A stretch of DNA of 64,000 nt, taken from positions 5,766,001-5,830,000 of the forward strand of contig CM035351.1 in assembly GCA_020137815.1 (NCBI GenBank), written 5' to 3'. The notes below the pieces were generated by a model, which did not search any database, was not told the DNA's origin, and saw nothing but the letters and a program-made list of their open reading frames with translations. Origin of the DNA: Hormiphora californensis. Lineage: Eukaryota > Animalia > Ctenophora. Within the stretch, counting starts at the first letter, position 1. Each line of letters starts with the position of its first letter. Shown here in pieces: positions 21,458-32,045 of the stretch. The translations under genes were made by a program, and so were the position numbers.

Positions 21458-24400
21458 TCAATCCTCTTCCTCCTCTTCCTTTCCCTCTCTGATAGCCATC
21501 ACAAACTGAGCGGGTTCAACTCGAACAGCGTAGTGACCGAGCAAGGCCAGATGGGGGAAATAGGCCGCCACCACCTCCAGAAAATAGTTTGGAATATTGT
21601 GGCACCCACCAAGATAGAGATATCGCAGCTTGGGACAATTTAGAACTGAAAAAGAATTTCTTTAATTAGAATAGTAGGGCTTGTTAAACTTTGGGACAAT
21701 CAAAAACTGAACTACATGTCAGGTGTAGTTGGAGCGATGTAGTAACACATGTTTGAAATTATGAAATCCTAATTACCTGGTAAAAGGGTAACGAAGGAAT
21801 GGACCCGTTTAGTCCTTTCAGTTTCAGTGAGACAAGATAGGGGCACCCAGATAGTACATGCTGCAATACCAACATCAGTTAGGGAATGACTGTAAGCTCT
21901 GGGATAGCTCTAGGTATTGGAGTTGAGGGCTCAATTCTGACAAACCTACCAGTCCTTGGTCATCCAGCTGGAGAGATAGTTGGAAATTATTACTTTGTCG
22001 CAAAGAGGGAGAAGGGAGAGCAGAGACAAGGAGATGTATAACAATTAACATCATAAACCAGTGTTATACCACTACAGTGTTAACCTACCCCTAAACAGTC
22101 AGTTAAGATGTAGTCGTGTGATTCGTTTTCAGAGAACTCATGAGGATGGTGTAGACACTCAGCTCGTTAGATCATAGCACCGTGATAACCTATGAGGGTG
22201 GGAAGCTTTATAATGAGTTTTTAGGTCCCAGCTGCAGTAGCCAGTAGGGGTTTACGAAATATGGATAAAGGTACTAACTTCCCCTTTACAGAAAAACTCG
22301 ACTCCCCAATCTAACCCTCCTGACTTACTTTAGGGTGGTAAGGCTGTGGAGGTTTTGTAGCGATTTAAGTCCGTGACATGTAAACTCGTCACAATATTGC
22401 AGCTCCAAGTAATCGAGCGTTTTTAGTCCCGATAGAACTCGCAAACTGTCGTCTCCCAAGTTTCCACCATCTGAAAAAAACAAGGAAATGTTGTTGTATC
22501 TACAAGAGGTGGGAACTATAAAATTTGTTAACAAAGGATAGTATTGGAATTGTAGTCCAAAATAACTTACCAAGACAAAGAAATGCCAGAGTCGATGAGC
22601 AATATTGAACTAGGTTCTGTATAGTTGGTGTCCTAAGATTTAACACACCTCCCGCCTCCAAACCCCGCAATTTACAAGTTCTTATAATGCGCTCAATACC
22701 TCTGGAAAGAGATTGGATGAGTTGTTTGTATCCCAATATGTTATACATAGATTAGATAACATAACATTGATCTACGGAACCCTCACAGAGCGGTGTGAGC
22801 CACACAACTTTAACACTTGGTGAGCCACACAACTATAACACGGTGTGAGCCACACAACTATAACACGGTGTGAGCCACACAACTATAACACGGTGTGAGC
22901 CACACAACTATAACACGGTGTGAGCCACACAACTATAACACAGTGTGAGTCACACAACTATAACACGGTGTGAGCCACACAACTATAACACAGTGTGAGC
23001 CACACAACTATAACAAGGTGTGAGCCACACAACTATAACACGGTGTGAGCCACACAACTATAACAAGGTGTGAGCCACACAACTATAACAAGGTGTGAGC
23101 CACACAACTACCGTGTGCGGCAAAAAAAAATGCCCCCCCCTAGACCACCATAGTTGCCGATGTGGTGGAGAGCTGTTACTTGGCAGGGTTGCTCCACTAT
23201 GTCTATCTTGATCCTGACAGAAAAATCAGAGCTCTAGCTCAAAATTCATTTTCATGAACGGAATGAACATTGTCATTCATTCCAGGAAAAAATATTTTCC
23301 GGTTCAAAATTTAACTAATTATGTTTGGCTATCGATTTGCTTTCCAATGTGACCAAGATCAGCTAAATTGGACAACCACAAGAGACACAGTGTCATGTTT
23401 CTTAAAGTTAGTCAGGTCATGTGATCTTCACTGAATCGTTGATCGTGTTCAGTATTACGAATTGGTCTAAGTGGTAGAGAATCACGTATCACATCTGCTA
23501 ATGAGGGATGACGATGCTGATTGGTCATCAGATCTGTAGCTCTTTGATAAATGTCCTCTTTCCTCGAATCACATCACCCTGTATTGGTACACATACCCAA
23601 TTAGCGGCCATGATACGAGATTCCTTTGCCCATTGGCCCGATTAGCAATCCCGGAAACTCAACGATTCGGTGAAGATCACATGACCTGACTAACTTAAAG
23701 CAACATGACACTGTGTCTCTTGTGGTTGTACAATTTAGCTGATCTTGGTCACATTGGAAAGCAAATCGATAGCCAAACATAATTGGTTAAATTTCGGACC
23801 GGAAAATATTTTTTCCTGGAATGAATGACAATGTTCATTCCGTTCATGAAAATGAATTTTGAGCTAGAGCTCTGATTTTTCTGTCAGGATCAAGATAGAC
23901 ATAGTGGAGCAACCCTGCCAAGTAACAGCTCTCCACCACATCGGCAACTATGGTGGTCTAGGGGGGGGGGGCATTTTTTTTGCCGCACACGGTATAACAA
24001 GGTGTGAGCCACACAACTATAACAAGGTGTGAGCCACACAACTATAACACGGTGTGAGCCCCACAACTATAACACGGTGTGAGCCCCACAACTATAACAC
24101 GGTGTGAGCCACACAACTATAACACTTGGTGATGCCATCCCCTCTTCGTGTGGCTGGTAGTGGAGGGGTGACTGCGTCACCAACTATAACACAGTTCTCT
24201 AGACCTGTCAGTGATATCATCGCATTGTAGAATCCCCAAACTCTCCAGATTCTGGCAGTTAGCCAAGAGGTGCAGGGTGTCATCCCCTACCCAGGGGTTA
24301 TCAGAGAGGTCTAGGTGGGACAGATTGGGGCAACACGCCACGATCATCTCCTGCAAGTTGGGGTCCAGGTCCAAGTGGTATAGGTGGAGGTGGGTCAGGT

Positions 24401-24929
24401 GGACACCAGACCTTATCAGAAACTTGGTCATCGCTTCTGTTGTGATTACACTGTTGTTTGTATCTGCAAGTGGAAAATAAAACTGGAGTTACATAGAGAT
24501 TGGGAAGAGCTGTCACGAGAAAGGTGTGAAGTAAAACAGAATATAAAACTAAAGAATATTATATTATTATTAATTATAAAACTTACAAATAAGGGATTTT
24601 ATCAATGGGTGTCTCGTTGTGTACTGTTCGAACGCCTCATCATCAAACCCTGCTGGGACATCCAGTGTTGACCACAGAACCTGAAATACATGATAACTCG
24701 TTGTCACTGCTCTGGTACACTTCAGGAAACAACTTGACACTACACTACACGGGGTAGGGATGTGTATTGTAATATAATAAACGGACTAAACGGAGTTGAG
24801 CGATAAAACTTTCACCTCATCTGAAGAGCTATAATAGAGGTCTGAACAGGTGGCTGAGACCTCAACCAGGTCCCTGATATCTAGGTAGGAGAGAATGCGA
24901 GTCTGGATCTCATATGGGAGAGTGTTCAT
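21458..24929 (-). CDS. F-box/LRR protein (FBXL-type); several apparent indels at 21850-22170
   Basis: N-terminal F-box MNTLPYEIQTRILSYLDIRDLVEVSATC, then cysteine-containing LRRs (CPNLSHLDLSDNPWVGDDTL, LKTLDYLELQYCDEFT, CPKLRYLYLGGCHNI). Ends REGKEEEEED* at 21458. Confidence 0.85.
22791..24125. repeat. 25-bp minisatellite (GGTGTGAGCCACACAACTATAACAC) split by a MITE, intronic
   Basis: About 13 units lie before and about 5 after the inserted element. Each unit contains the mini-palindrome GTGTG-AGC-CACAC. Confidence 0.95.
23111..23992. mobile_element. Foldback MITE with about 330-bp TIRs and TA TSD (Tc1/mariner/pogo-type)
   Basis: Termini CCGTGTGCGGCAAAAAAAAATGCC... and ...GGCATTTTTTTTGCCGCACACGG. 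TA is duplicated at 23109-23110 and 23993-23994, inside one minisatellite unit. Confidence 0.93.
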
Positions 24930-25161
24930 GGTCACCAGGTCCTCTCAACATTACTGAATACTGCTAGCCTAATGGCCGAGGAAGGGGCTGGGGTTCGTTT
25001 TTGAGGACAAGCAAGATCCCAAGTTAAAATCGAAAACGTAAATCGTTCACTTGTATGAAATGTTTACAAAAGTACACAACGTAATGTCAATTATCGTCAG
25101 TAGTCACCCAAAAATAAATCATTAAGAACTCTTTCTATGAAGTATCACATTCAGATTAAAA

Positions 25162-26073
25162 CTATCCACTTGGTTTGTCAAGAAGATATCCCATCTTAAC
25201 CAACCTCTCAGTCATCTCATCATAAACTCCGATCAGATCTGTTGGGTATTCTACCTCTGCCAGCACCTCCCTACCCCCAACACCCCACCATCCCGCCCTA
25301 GCTGCCAAGACCCGAAGTGCGGAGTAATATAGCCGCATGTCAAGATGATTTGCCCTGGCTATTTCACGATACAACTCTTCAGAAATGTGGTTGTCCCTGG
25401 CAATGTTATCCGCTGATAATTGGGAAGCCGCCCCTGCCTCCGTGTCATTATTATTACCAGGAAGAAGTGAGCGAGAAATGGAGGGGAACTCTTGGATTCC
25501 GATAAAGGTGAAATTCTCCATTGCGTACAGAGCTGATTGAAGAAGGATCTCACCTTGCTCGGGAGCTATAACTGTCTGGGAGCAGGATGATGTTGAAAGC
25601 ATGAGAGTCTGTCTATTGATGGCAGGGTTGTCATGACAACCCAGGAACTCTGTCAGATCATCTACCCGCCAACATGCCCTATTTTCTGTGTAAGTTTGAC
25701 CATAACATTTTCTCCACCGCTTCCCAATGCTGCCATTTCGTTCTTTGAATTCCCTCAAAAATCGGGTAACTGGGTGACAGAGGATTGTTACAATGCTGAG
25801 CTGGCGAGATACCATGAGGCATTGTTTGTAGCTGGATGTAGTCGCCAGGGGTCCACAAGATTTACCAGCCGGTAGGATAAGATTATCGGCAACCCAATCG
25901 TGCGGGTCAACACACCCGGGAATTGTGATGAGAGCTAGATCTTTGAGCTGGTCTCGAGATATAACCACGGCTGGAGAAGTTACGGTGGTGGGAAATTGCA
26001 GCCATGTCAGGAGTGGCACAAGAAGGAGACATAGGGAAAGGATACCAATAATAATCGTTCTACGACCAGTCAT
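25162..26073 (-). CDS. Heparan-sulfate 6-O-sulfotransferase-like type II membrane protein with degenerate PAPS motifs, single coding exon
   Basis: N-terminal signal anchor, then TILCHPVTRFLREF, LTEFLGCHDNPAINRQTLML, LLQSALYAMENFTFIGIQEF and IARANHLDMRLY, which parallel conserved HS6ST blocks. Confidence 0.75.
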   Translation of the reverse strand: MTGRRTIIIGILSLCLLLVPLLTWLQFPTTVTSPAVVISRDQLKDLALITIPGCVDPHDWVADNLILPAGKSCGPLATTSSYKQCLMVSRQLSIVTILCHPVTRFLREFKERNGSIGKRWRKCYGQTYTENRACWRVDDLTEFLGCHDNPAINRQTLMLSTSSCSQTVIAPEQGEILLQSALYAMENFTFIGIQEFPSISRSLLPGNNNDTEAGAASQLSADNIARDNHISEELYREIARANHLDMRLYYSALRVLAARAGWWGVGGREVLAEVEYPTDLIGVYDEMTERLVKMGYLLDKPSG

Positions 26074-26169
26074 GTTACATTCTCCATCGCTATGAGGTGT
26101 TTTGTATTGACAAGTAATATGAGACAGACAACTTACATCCAAATTTCAAGTTTCAAAAATTCGTGCTAG

Positions 26170-26628
26170 TAAATGTAAATGTAAATGTAATATATGCATT
26201 TAATATACCACTTTCTAGTGTAAATAATACGGTGTCCGTATTGATAGCCAACGCTATACGAACACACACACTTCCTAAAGTGGTTATAAGACCAAAAAAC
26301 ACGAACGTTCTACGTAAACATACGAAACGAGTTAGTAACCCATTTTAATGATCCCGTTTTGAATGTAATATTTCCCCAGTTTTTGGCCGACTCGTTTAAT
26401 TGATTTAGTAACAGGTTTCTCATTTAACTCTTCAAATAGTTCTTTCACTGAGATTGAATCAACTCGGGTCGTAGACTCAGGTAAACCAAACACCACGAGG
26501 TTTTTAGCTCTATCAGGCTCCACCACTGCATTGCTAGACGCTGAGCTCCGAGGGGTTGCTGCATTTTTCACTACCTTAGGGGTGATCACAGAGCAGTTTT
26601 GACTCAAAACGGTAGAATATGCTTTCAT
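26170..26628 (-). pseudogene. Truncated, internally deleted relative of the ORF1 at 14171, with a (TTACAT)n tail
   Basis: YSTVLSQNCS...PDRAKNLVVFGLPESTTR...LFEELNEKPV..SIKRVG..GKYYIQNGIIKMG aligns by eye with YSKVLVQNCS...PDRKLNLVLFGLPETTAR...IFTELNEKPV..STKRVG...GRYWVSRGVIKCG. GTAAAT repeats lie at 26169-26190. Confidence 0.75.
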
Positions 26629-26974
26629 TTTAGCAACAGAACTGGACGCAGACTCGAGATGGCTAGAATATTTTGAAGCTTTTCACCCATTTTCTAAACA
26701 AAATCGATGTTTGTTTCAGAGTGCAGTGTAGCAATGATTTATTGGCCTACGCTGCAGTGCCCCTCTCATAGCTGCAGCCTGATAGCTATGATAGCCGTCG
26801 AAAGACGAAAACGCGAGATGCGAAAGTGAAAAATTTAGAAAACTGGGGTTAAAATTTTTAAAAAACTGGAGGAAATATCTTTGGAAAATATCTTTGGAAA
26901 ATTGCTCGCGCGCTGATAACCTGTTGCGCGCCTTCCAATTGCATCGTTAAACTGCACTATCCGCGCGTCACGCC

Positions 26975-27036
26975 TGTTTGTCTGTTTGTCCGTCTGTCTG
27001 TCTGTCTGTCTTTCTGCCTGTCTGCCAAACTTTTTT

Positions 27037-27067
<31 letters not shown>

Positions 27068-27849
27068 GTCTGTCTCTCTGTCTGTCTCTCTGTCTCTCTG
27101 TCTGTATGTCTCTCTGTCTGTCTGTCTCTCTGTCTGTCTGTCTCTCTGTCTGTATCCCTCTGTCTCTCGCTTTCTGTCTGTCTCTCTGTCATGTCTGTCT
27201 CTCTCTGTCTGTATCTGTCTGTATCAGTATGTCTCTGTCTATGTCTGTCTGTGTCTGTATGTAATGTCTCTGTCTATCGCTGTCTGTCTCTGTCTATGTC
27301 TGTCTATCTCTGTGTCTGTCTGTCTCAGTCTGTCTAGTGTGTCTGTCTGTCTCAGTTTGTCTAGTGTGTCTGTCTAGTGTGTCTGTCTGATTGTCTGTCT
27401 GTCTGATCCTCTGTCTCTCTGTCTGTCTCTGTCTGTCTGTCTCTGTCTGTCTCTGTCTGTCTCTGTCTGTCTCTGTCTGTCTCTGTCTGTCTCTGTCTGT
27501 CTCTGTCTATCGCTGTCTATCGCTGTCTTTCTCTGTCTGTATCAGTATGTCTCTGTCTATGTCTGTCTGTGTCTGTATGTAATGTCTCTGTCTATCGCTG
27601 TCTGTCTCTGTCTATGTCTGTCTATCTCTGTGTCTGTCTGTCTAGTGTGTCTGTCTGTCTCAGTTTGTCTAGTGTGTCTGTCTAGTGTGTCTGTCTGATT
27701 GTCTGTCTGTCTGATCCTCTGTCTCTCTGTCTGTCTCTGTCTGTCTGTCTCTGTCTGTCTCTGTCTGTCTCTGTCTGTCTCTGTCTGTCTCTGTCTATCG
27801 CTGTCTATCGCTGTCTTTCTCTGTCTGTTTCTCTGTCTCTCTGTCTTTC

Positions 27850-27880
<31 letters not shown>

Positions 27881-28030
27881 TTGTCTGTCTCTGTCTGTCT
27901 CTGTCTGTCTCTGTCTATATCTATATCTGTCTGTCTCTGTCTCTGTCTGTCTCTGTCTGTCTCTGTCTGTCTGTCTCTGTCTGTCTCTATCTGTCTCTGT
28001 CTGTCTCTGTGTGTCTCGGTGTGTCTCAGT
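26975..28030. repeat. (TGTC/TCTG/CTGTCT)n microsatellite with an internal higher-order duplication of about 310-320 bp
   Basis: Directly visible. The block starting TCAGTATGTCTCTGTCTATG occurs near both 27224 and 27542. Confidence 0.95.
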
Positions 28031-28409
28031 GTGTCTCATTGTATTTCACTCGGCCAATGACAGTCTCAGTCAAGGTCAGCCAGACACAAATGTGTGTTTT
28101 CTTTGTGTTCACTTTACTTCAGCATTTTTTGGCACTGCTCCGTTTCTATTCAGAGGATGAAAGAGAATATAAAAAGATCCCCTATTGGCTAACGTTCATT
28201 GCACTGCGGGGCATCCCCGGTACTCACGGAATCAGTTTCCCAGCTGCACAACTACTCAGGATTTTAGTCGCCAAAATGGCTGACCGCTACTCAGATAGTT
28301 TAATCATCTTTTTCATTTCTAACGTCATTAATCAGGGCCGTATTAAATCAACGACCACCCTATGTCGCGTGTCCTGCATCTCTGCCCTGGGGCTTGTTTT
28401 TGTGCAGGG

Positions 28410-30000
28410 AGAAAGAGGGAGAGAGAGAGAGAGAGAGGGAGAGAGAGAGATAGAGAGAGATAAAGTAGAGACGGCATCTAATGATCGCTCTCTCTCGTCT
28501 CTCTATATCTATGCTTCTCATATCTACTCCTCTATCTCTCTCTCTCTCACATCTCTAGCTCTCTCTCTCATCTCTCTCTCAGTCTCTCCTACTCGCTCTC
28601 TCTCTCTCCTCTCTCTCTTCGCTCTCTCTTCTCCTCTCTCCTCTCTCTCTCTCTATCTCTTTCATCTCTCTCCAGCTCTCATCTCTCTCTCGCTCTCTCT
28701 TCTCGCTCGCGCTCTAGCGCTTTCTTTTTTTCACCCAGGGGGCCCCGGGGTTTGGAGGTTAAGTTCGGGGGCCTAAAAGCCCCCCCCCCTTTGAGCCCCC
28801 CTTTAAACCCATCTTTGCACGCCCCCCCCCGGCTTCCTTCACCAAACAACTCTCCCCCCAAAATTTTAAATTTTAGGGGGCCAAAAAAATTTCAAAATAG
28901 CTAGCGGCCATTTTTCCACCCTTTTTGGCCCCTTTTCTCCTTTCTCCTCTCTTTCCACAAAAAGTGGGCCCGTATAGGTGGAAACTTTTCAATAGAGTAA
29001 TCCACCACGGAAATCGAAAAAAAAAACCCCCCAAGACCCCCCCCTCTCCCCTTTTCTTTTATTCTCCCCTCTCCCTTATAAAAATTTGGGGTGGCCCTTA
29101 AAGGGGGTTTGTTCAAAGGTTTTAAGAAAAGAAAAACCCCCCCTTTTTTTGGGTTTTGGGGGTTAAAAATAAAGGCAGGGAAAAAAACCGAAGCAAGGGA
29201 GGAAAAAAAAAGGGGGGGGGGGTTTTTTAAACCCCCCTTTTTTTTTTTTTTCCCCCTAAGAGGGGGGAAGGAAAGAAAATCCCAAAAGGGAGGGGAGGAT
29301 GGGGGACCCCAGGGAGGGACGGAGAAGAAAAAATTTTTAAAAGTTTCCTTTTATTTTTTTCGGGGGTCCCCCCCGAGGGGTAAAAAGGGGTGGATAAGAA
29401 GGGGGGGGGAGGGGAAAGGGAGGGGGAGAGAGGAAGAAGAGGGGGAGAAAGGAAAAAAAGGGGGGGGAGGAGAGGAGAAAAGGAGAGAGAGGAGAAAAAG
29501 GGGAAAAAGAGGGAGAAGGGGAAAAAGGGGAGAGGTAAAGAAGGAGAGGGAGAGAGAAAGAGAGAGAAAGGGGAGGGGGAAAATTTTGGACGAGAGAAAG
29601 GAATTTTGGGGGGCCCCGGGGAAAATTGCGAAAAATACAATTTTTTGTTTTTTAAGTCCCCCTAAAAATGTCGGGGTTTTGTTGGGAAGGTGTGGGGGGG
29701 GGGAGAAAAAAAGAAAGAAAGAAGAAAAGGAAAAAAGGGGGGGAGAAAAAGGAGAGAAGGGGGGAAGGGGGGGCCCTTTTAAGGGGGGGGGTTTTCCCCA
29801 TTTTTTGCGGGGGCCCCTATTGGTTAATAGGATTGCAAGGATAGGACACCCAAAGGTACGTGAAGGAGGTATGTGGGGGGGGGGTTTGGAAAAAACCAAT
29901 TTGTCCAGGCCCTCCTTCCTTTGTGTGCCCTTTGGGGGCCCCCCCCCCCGGGGGGAAATGCTCATTTTTAGCTGCCCCAAAAGGTGGAGTGTTTCACCTC
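28410..30000. other. Homopolymer-inflated, low-accuracy sequence (probable unpolished read)
   Basis: Runs of G/C/A/T dominate and GA/CT tracts are scrambled. The ORFs here are low-complexity. Confidence 0.75.
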
Positions 30001-31109
30001 TGTTGATCTCCTCTCTCTGCTACCATCACACCTCCTCGAGTCTACCCTCTCTCAGCATGATGGATCTCTTCCTAACTATTCGCTACCTGAGCTGTGTTTT
30101 GGACTTGTTTGATCAGTAATGTTGACATGCAGATTGAACACTTTTGTCTAGGTCTCAATGCCTGGAACAGCTGCAGATTAGTTCCCGATATCTCCCACCA
30201 TGATGTGGGCATGTGTTGCAGTCCAACGAATTGGAACCTTTGCTACTTGTGATGACTGTTATTCGCCTATACAGTAGCTACAATGGGGGTTCAACCCCTC
30301 AAAGCTGCTGGCAAACAACCCATCCCTGTGGTTGGTATGAGTAGCTCTTTCTAACCGTGTCTACAACCCCGGCTACTGCCGCAGTCCCCGCTAACTGCTA
30401 CAACCCCGGCTACTCAGCTCTCTGCAGTCCCTGTTACAACCTCGCTGTGCTACCGCTCCATCAACCTTCTGCTACATCCCACTGCTACCAGCCAACTTCT
30501 ACAACCTCCCCGCCAATGCTACCGCTCCACCAAACTCCTTCAACAAGGACACCTTCGCTGCTGTGTAAATGTGTGTGTGTTTGTGATTGCTATGTGACGT
30601 CTCTTGATTGATTGTGTGCTGTGAAAAACTCTCAAAAAACTTTTGAAAATGTTTAAAAAAAGAACTCTTTTGTTTTACAAAATGAATTGTGTGATTTATT
30701 GCATTCTGATTTTGTTGGCTGGTCCAACACTTTGTTTTGAAAAACCGTCTTTTTACGTGTTCATTCTATGGGGACAAAAACTGGAATTAAAAACACAATC
30801 ATAAGCTGATACCATTGACATACTGCATTCAAATTTTGTTGAACTCAACAATTCAAATCTTTATCAGTATCACATGTGACCACAATCACGGAATTCACGG
30901 TAGGTGGGTTCGGACGGCCCATTTGACATTTGTGATCGGGTGTAATGAATCGGCGGTGTGTAATAATGAGGGGCACCAATTGAATCATCTGAGGCTGAGG
31001 ACTACGGCCACACCGAGGATCACAATTATATCCAACTGAGGACAAAGTTCAATGAAAACAAATATCGCGCCAATATGGAATCTAAAGCCTCGTCGTCCGT
31101 GTTTTATGT

Positions 31110-31466
31110 CCAAATAAGGATATTGCCCAAATAAGGGAACTATCCAAATAAGAGAACTATCCAAATAAGGCTGTTGCCCAATTAAGGCAACTGCCCAAGC
31201 CCCAAATAAGGCAACTGCCCAAATAAGGGAACTGCCCATTTAAGGCAACTAGTTGCAACTGCCCAAATAAGGGAACTGCCCAAATAAGGCAACTAGTTGC
31301 AACTGTCCAAATAAGGTAGCTACCCAATTAAGGCCACTAGTTGCAACTGCCCAAATAAGGGAACTGTCCAAATAAGGCAGCTACCCAATTAAGGCCACTA
31401 GTTGCAACTGTCCAAATAAGGGAACTGCCCAAATAAGGTAACTAGTTGCAACTGTCCAAATAAGGT
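31110..31466. repeat. Tandem array of 17/27-bp units carrying CC(A/T)6GG and the GCAACTAGTTGC palindrome
   Basis: About 17 copies of CCAAATAAGG / CCAATTAAGG / CCATTTAAGG. Confidence 0.9.
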
Positions 31467-31672
31467 AACCATTCAGAAGGAACGCTACCAGGCAGTACCA
31501 TGAGATGGTTTATCCGGTTAGTGTTGGGTTATCTGTGTCATATGTTAGTAGAATGTTATCCGGTTAGCAGTTAGGGGAATACCAATTATACCATGTCTTG
31601 TATCCAACGGTGTTGATAATTTGAGCTACTCGAGGCTCGAGCTGTTTGTGTCACCATGGTAACATGCTTGTA

Positions 31673-32045
31673 AGTTACCACGACATCACTCAGTTGTCAT
31701 GACAACACTCAGTTACCATCACAACACTCAGTTATCATGACAACACTCAGTTACCATGATAACACTCAGATACCATGACAACACTCAGTTACCATGACAA
31801 CACTCAGTTACCATGACAACACCCAGTTACCATGCCATGACAACACTCAGTTACCATGACAACACTCAGTTACCATGACAACACTCAGTTACCATGGCAA
31901 CACTCAGTTACCATGGCAACACTCAGTTACCATGACAACACTCAGTTACCATGACAGCACTCAGTTACCATGACAACACTCAGTTACCATGACAACACTC
32001 AGTTACCATGACAACACTCAGCTACCATGACAACACCCAGTTACC
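31673..32045. repeat. 19-bp minisatellite AGTTACCATGACAACACTC (about 19 copies)
   Basis: Directly visible. Degraded units reappear at about 34189-34235. Confidence 0.95.

Noticed and set aside
22791-24125. CRISPR-like look of the 25-bp palindromic repeats (also the 19-bp array at 31673-32045)
   Set aside because: Units are head-to-tail with no unique spacers, there are no cas genes, and the context is eukaryotic. These are minisatellites.
26968-28160. ORFs rich in SVCL or RQTE repeats
   Set aside because: Translations of a microsatellite.
28679-30119. Long Gly/Lys/Phe/Pro-rich ORFs (e.g. 29091-30119)
   Set aside because: Products of homopolymer-inflated low-quality sequence with no recognisable motifs.
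30120-30260. Minus-strand peptide IRWTATHAHIMVGDIGN resembling an RNase H C-terminal motif
   Set aside because: Too short and broken by stops to support a call.
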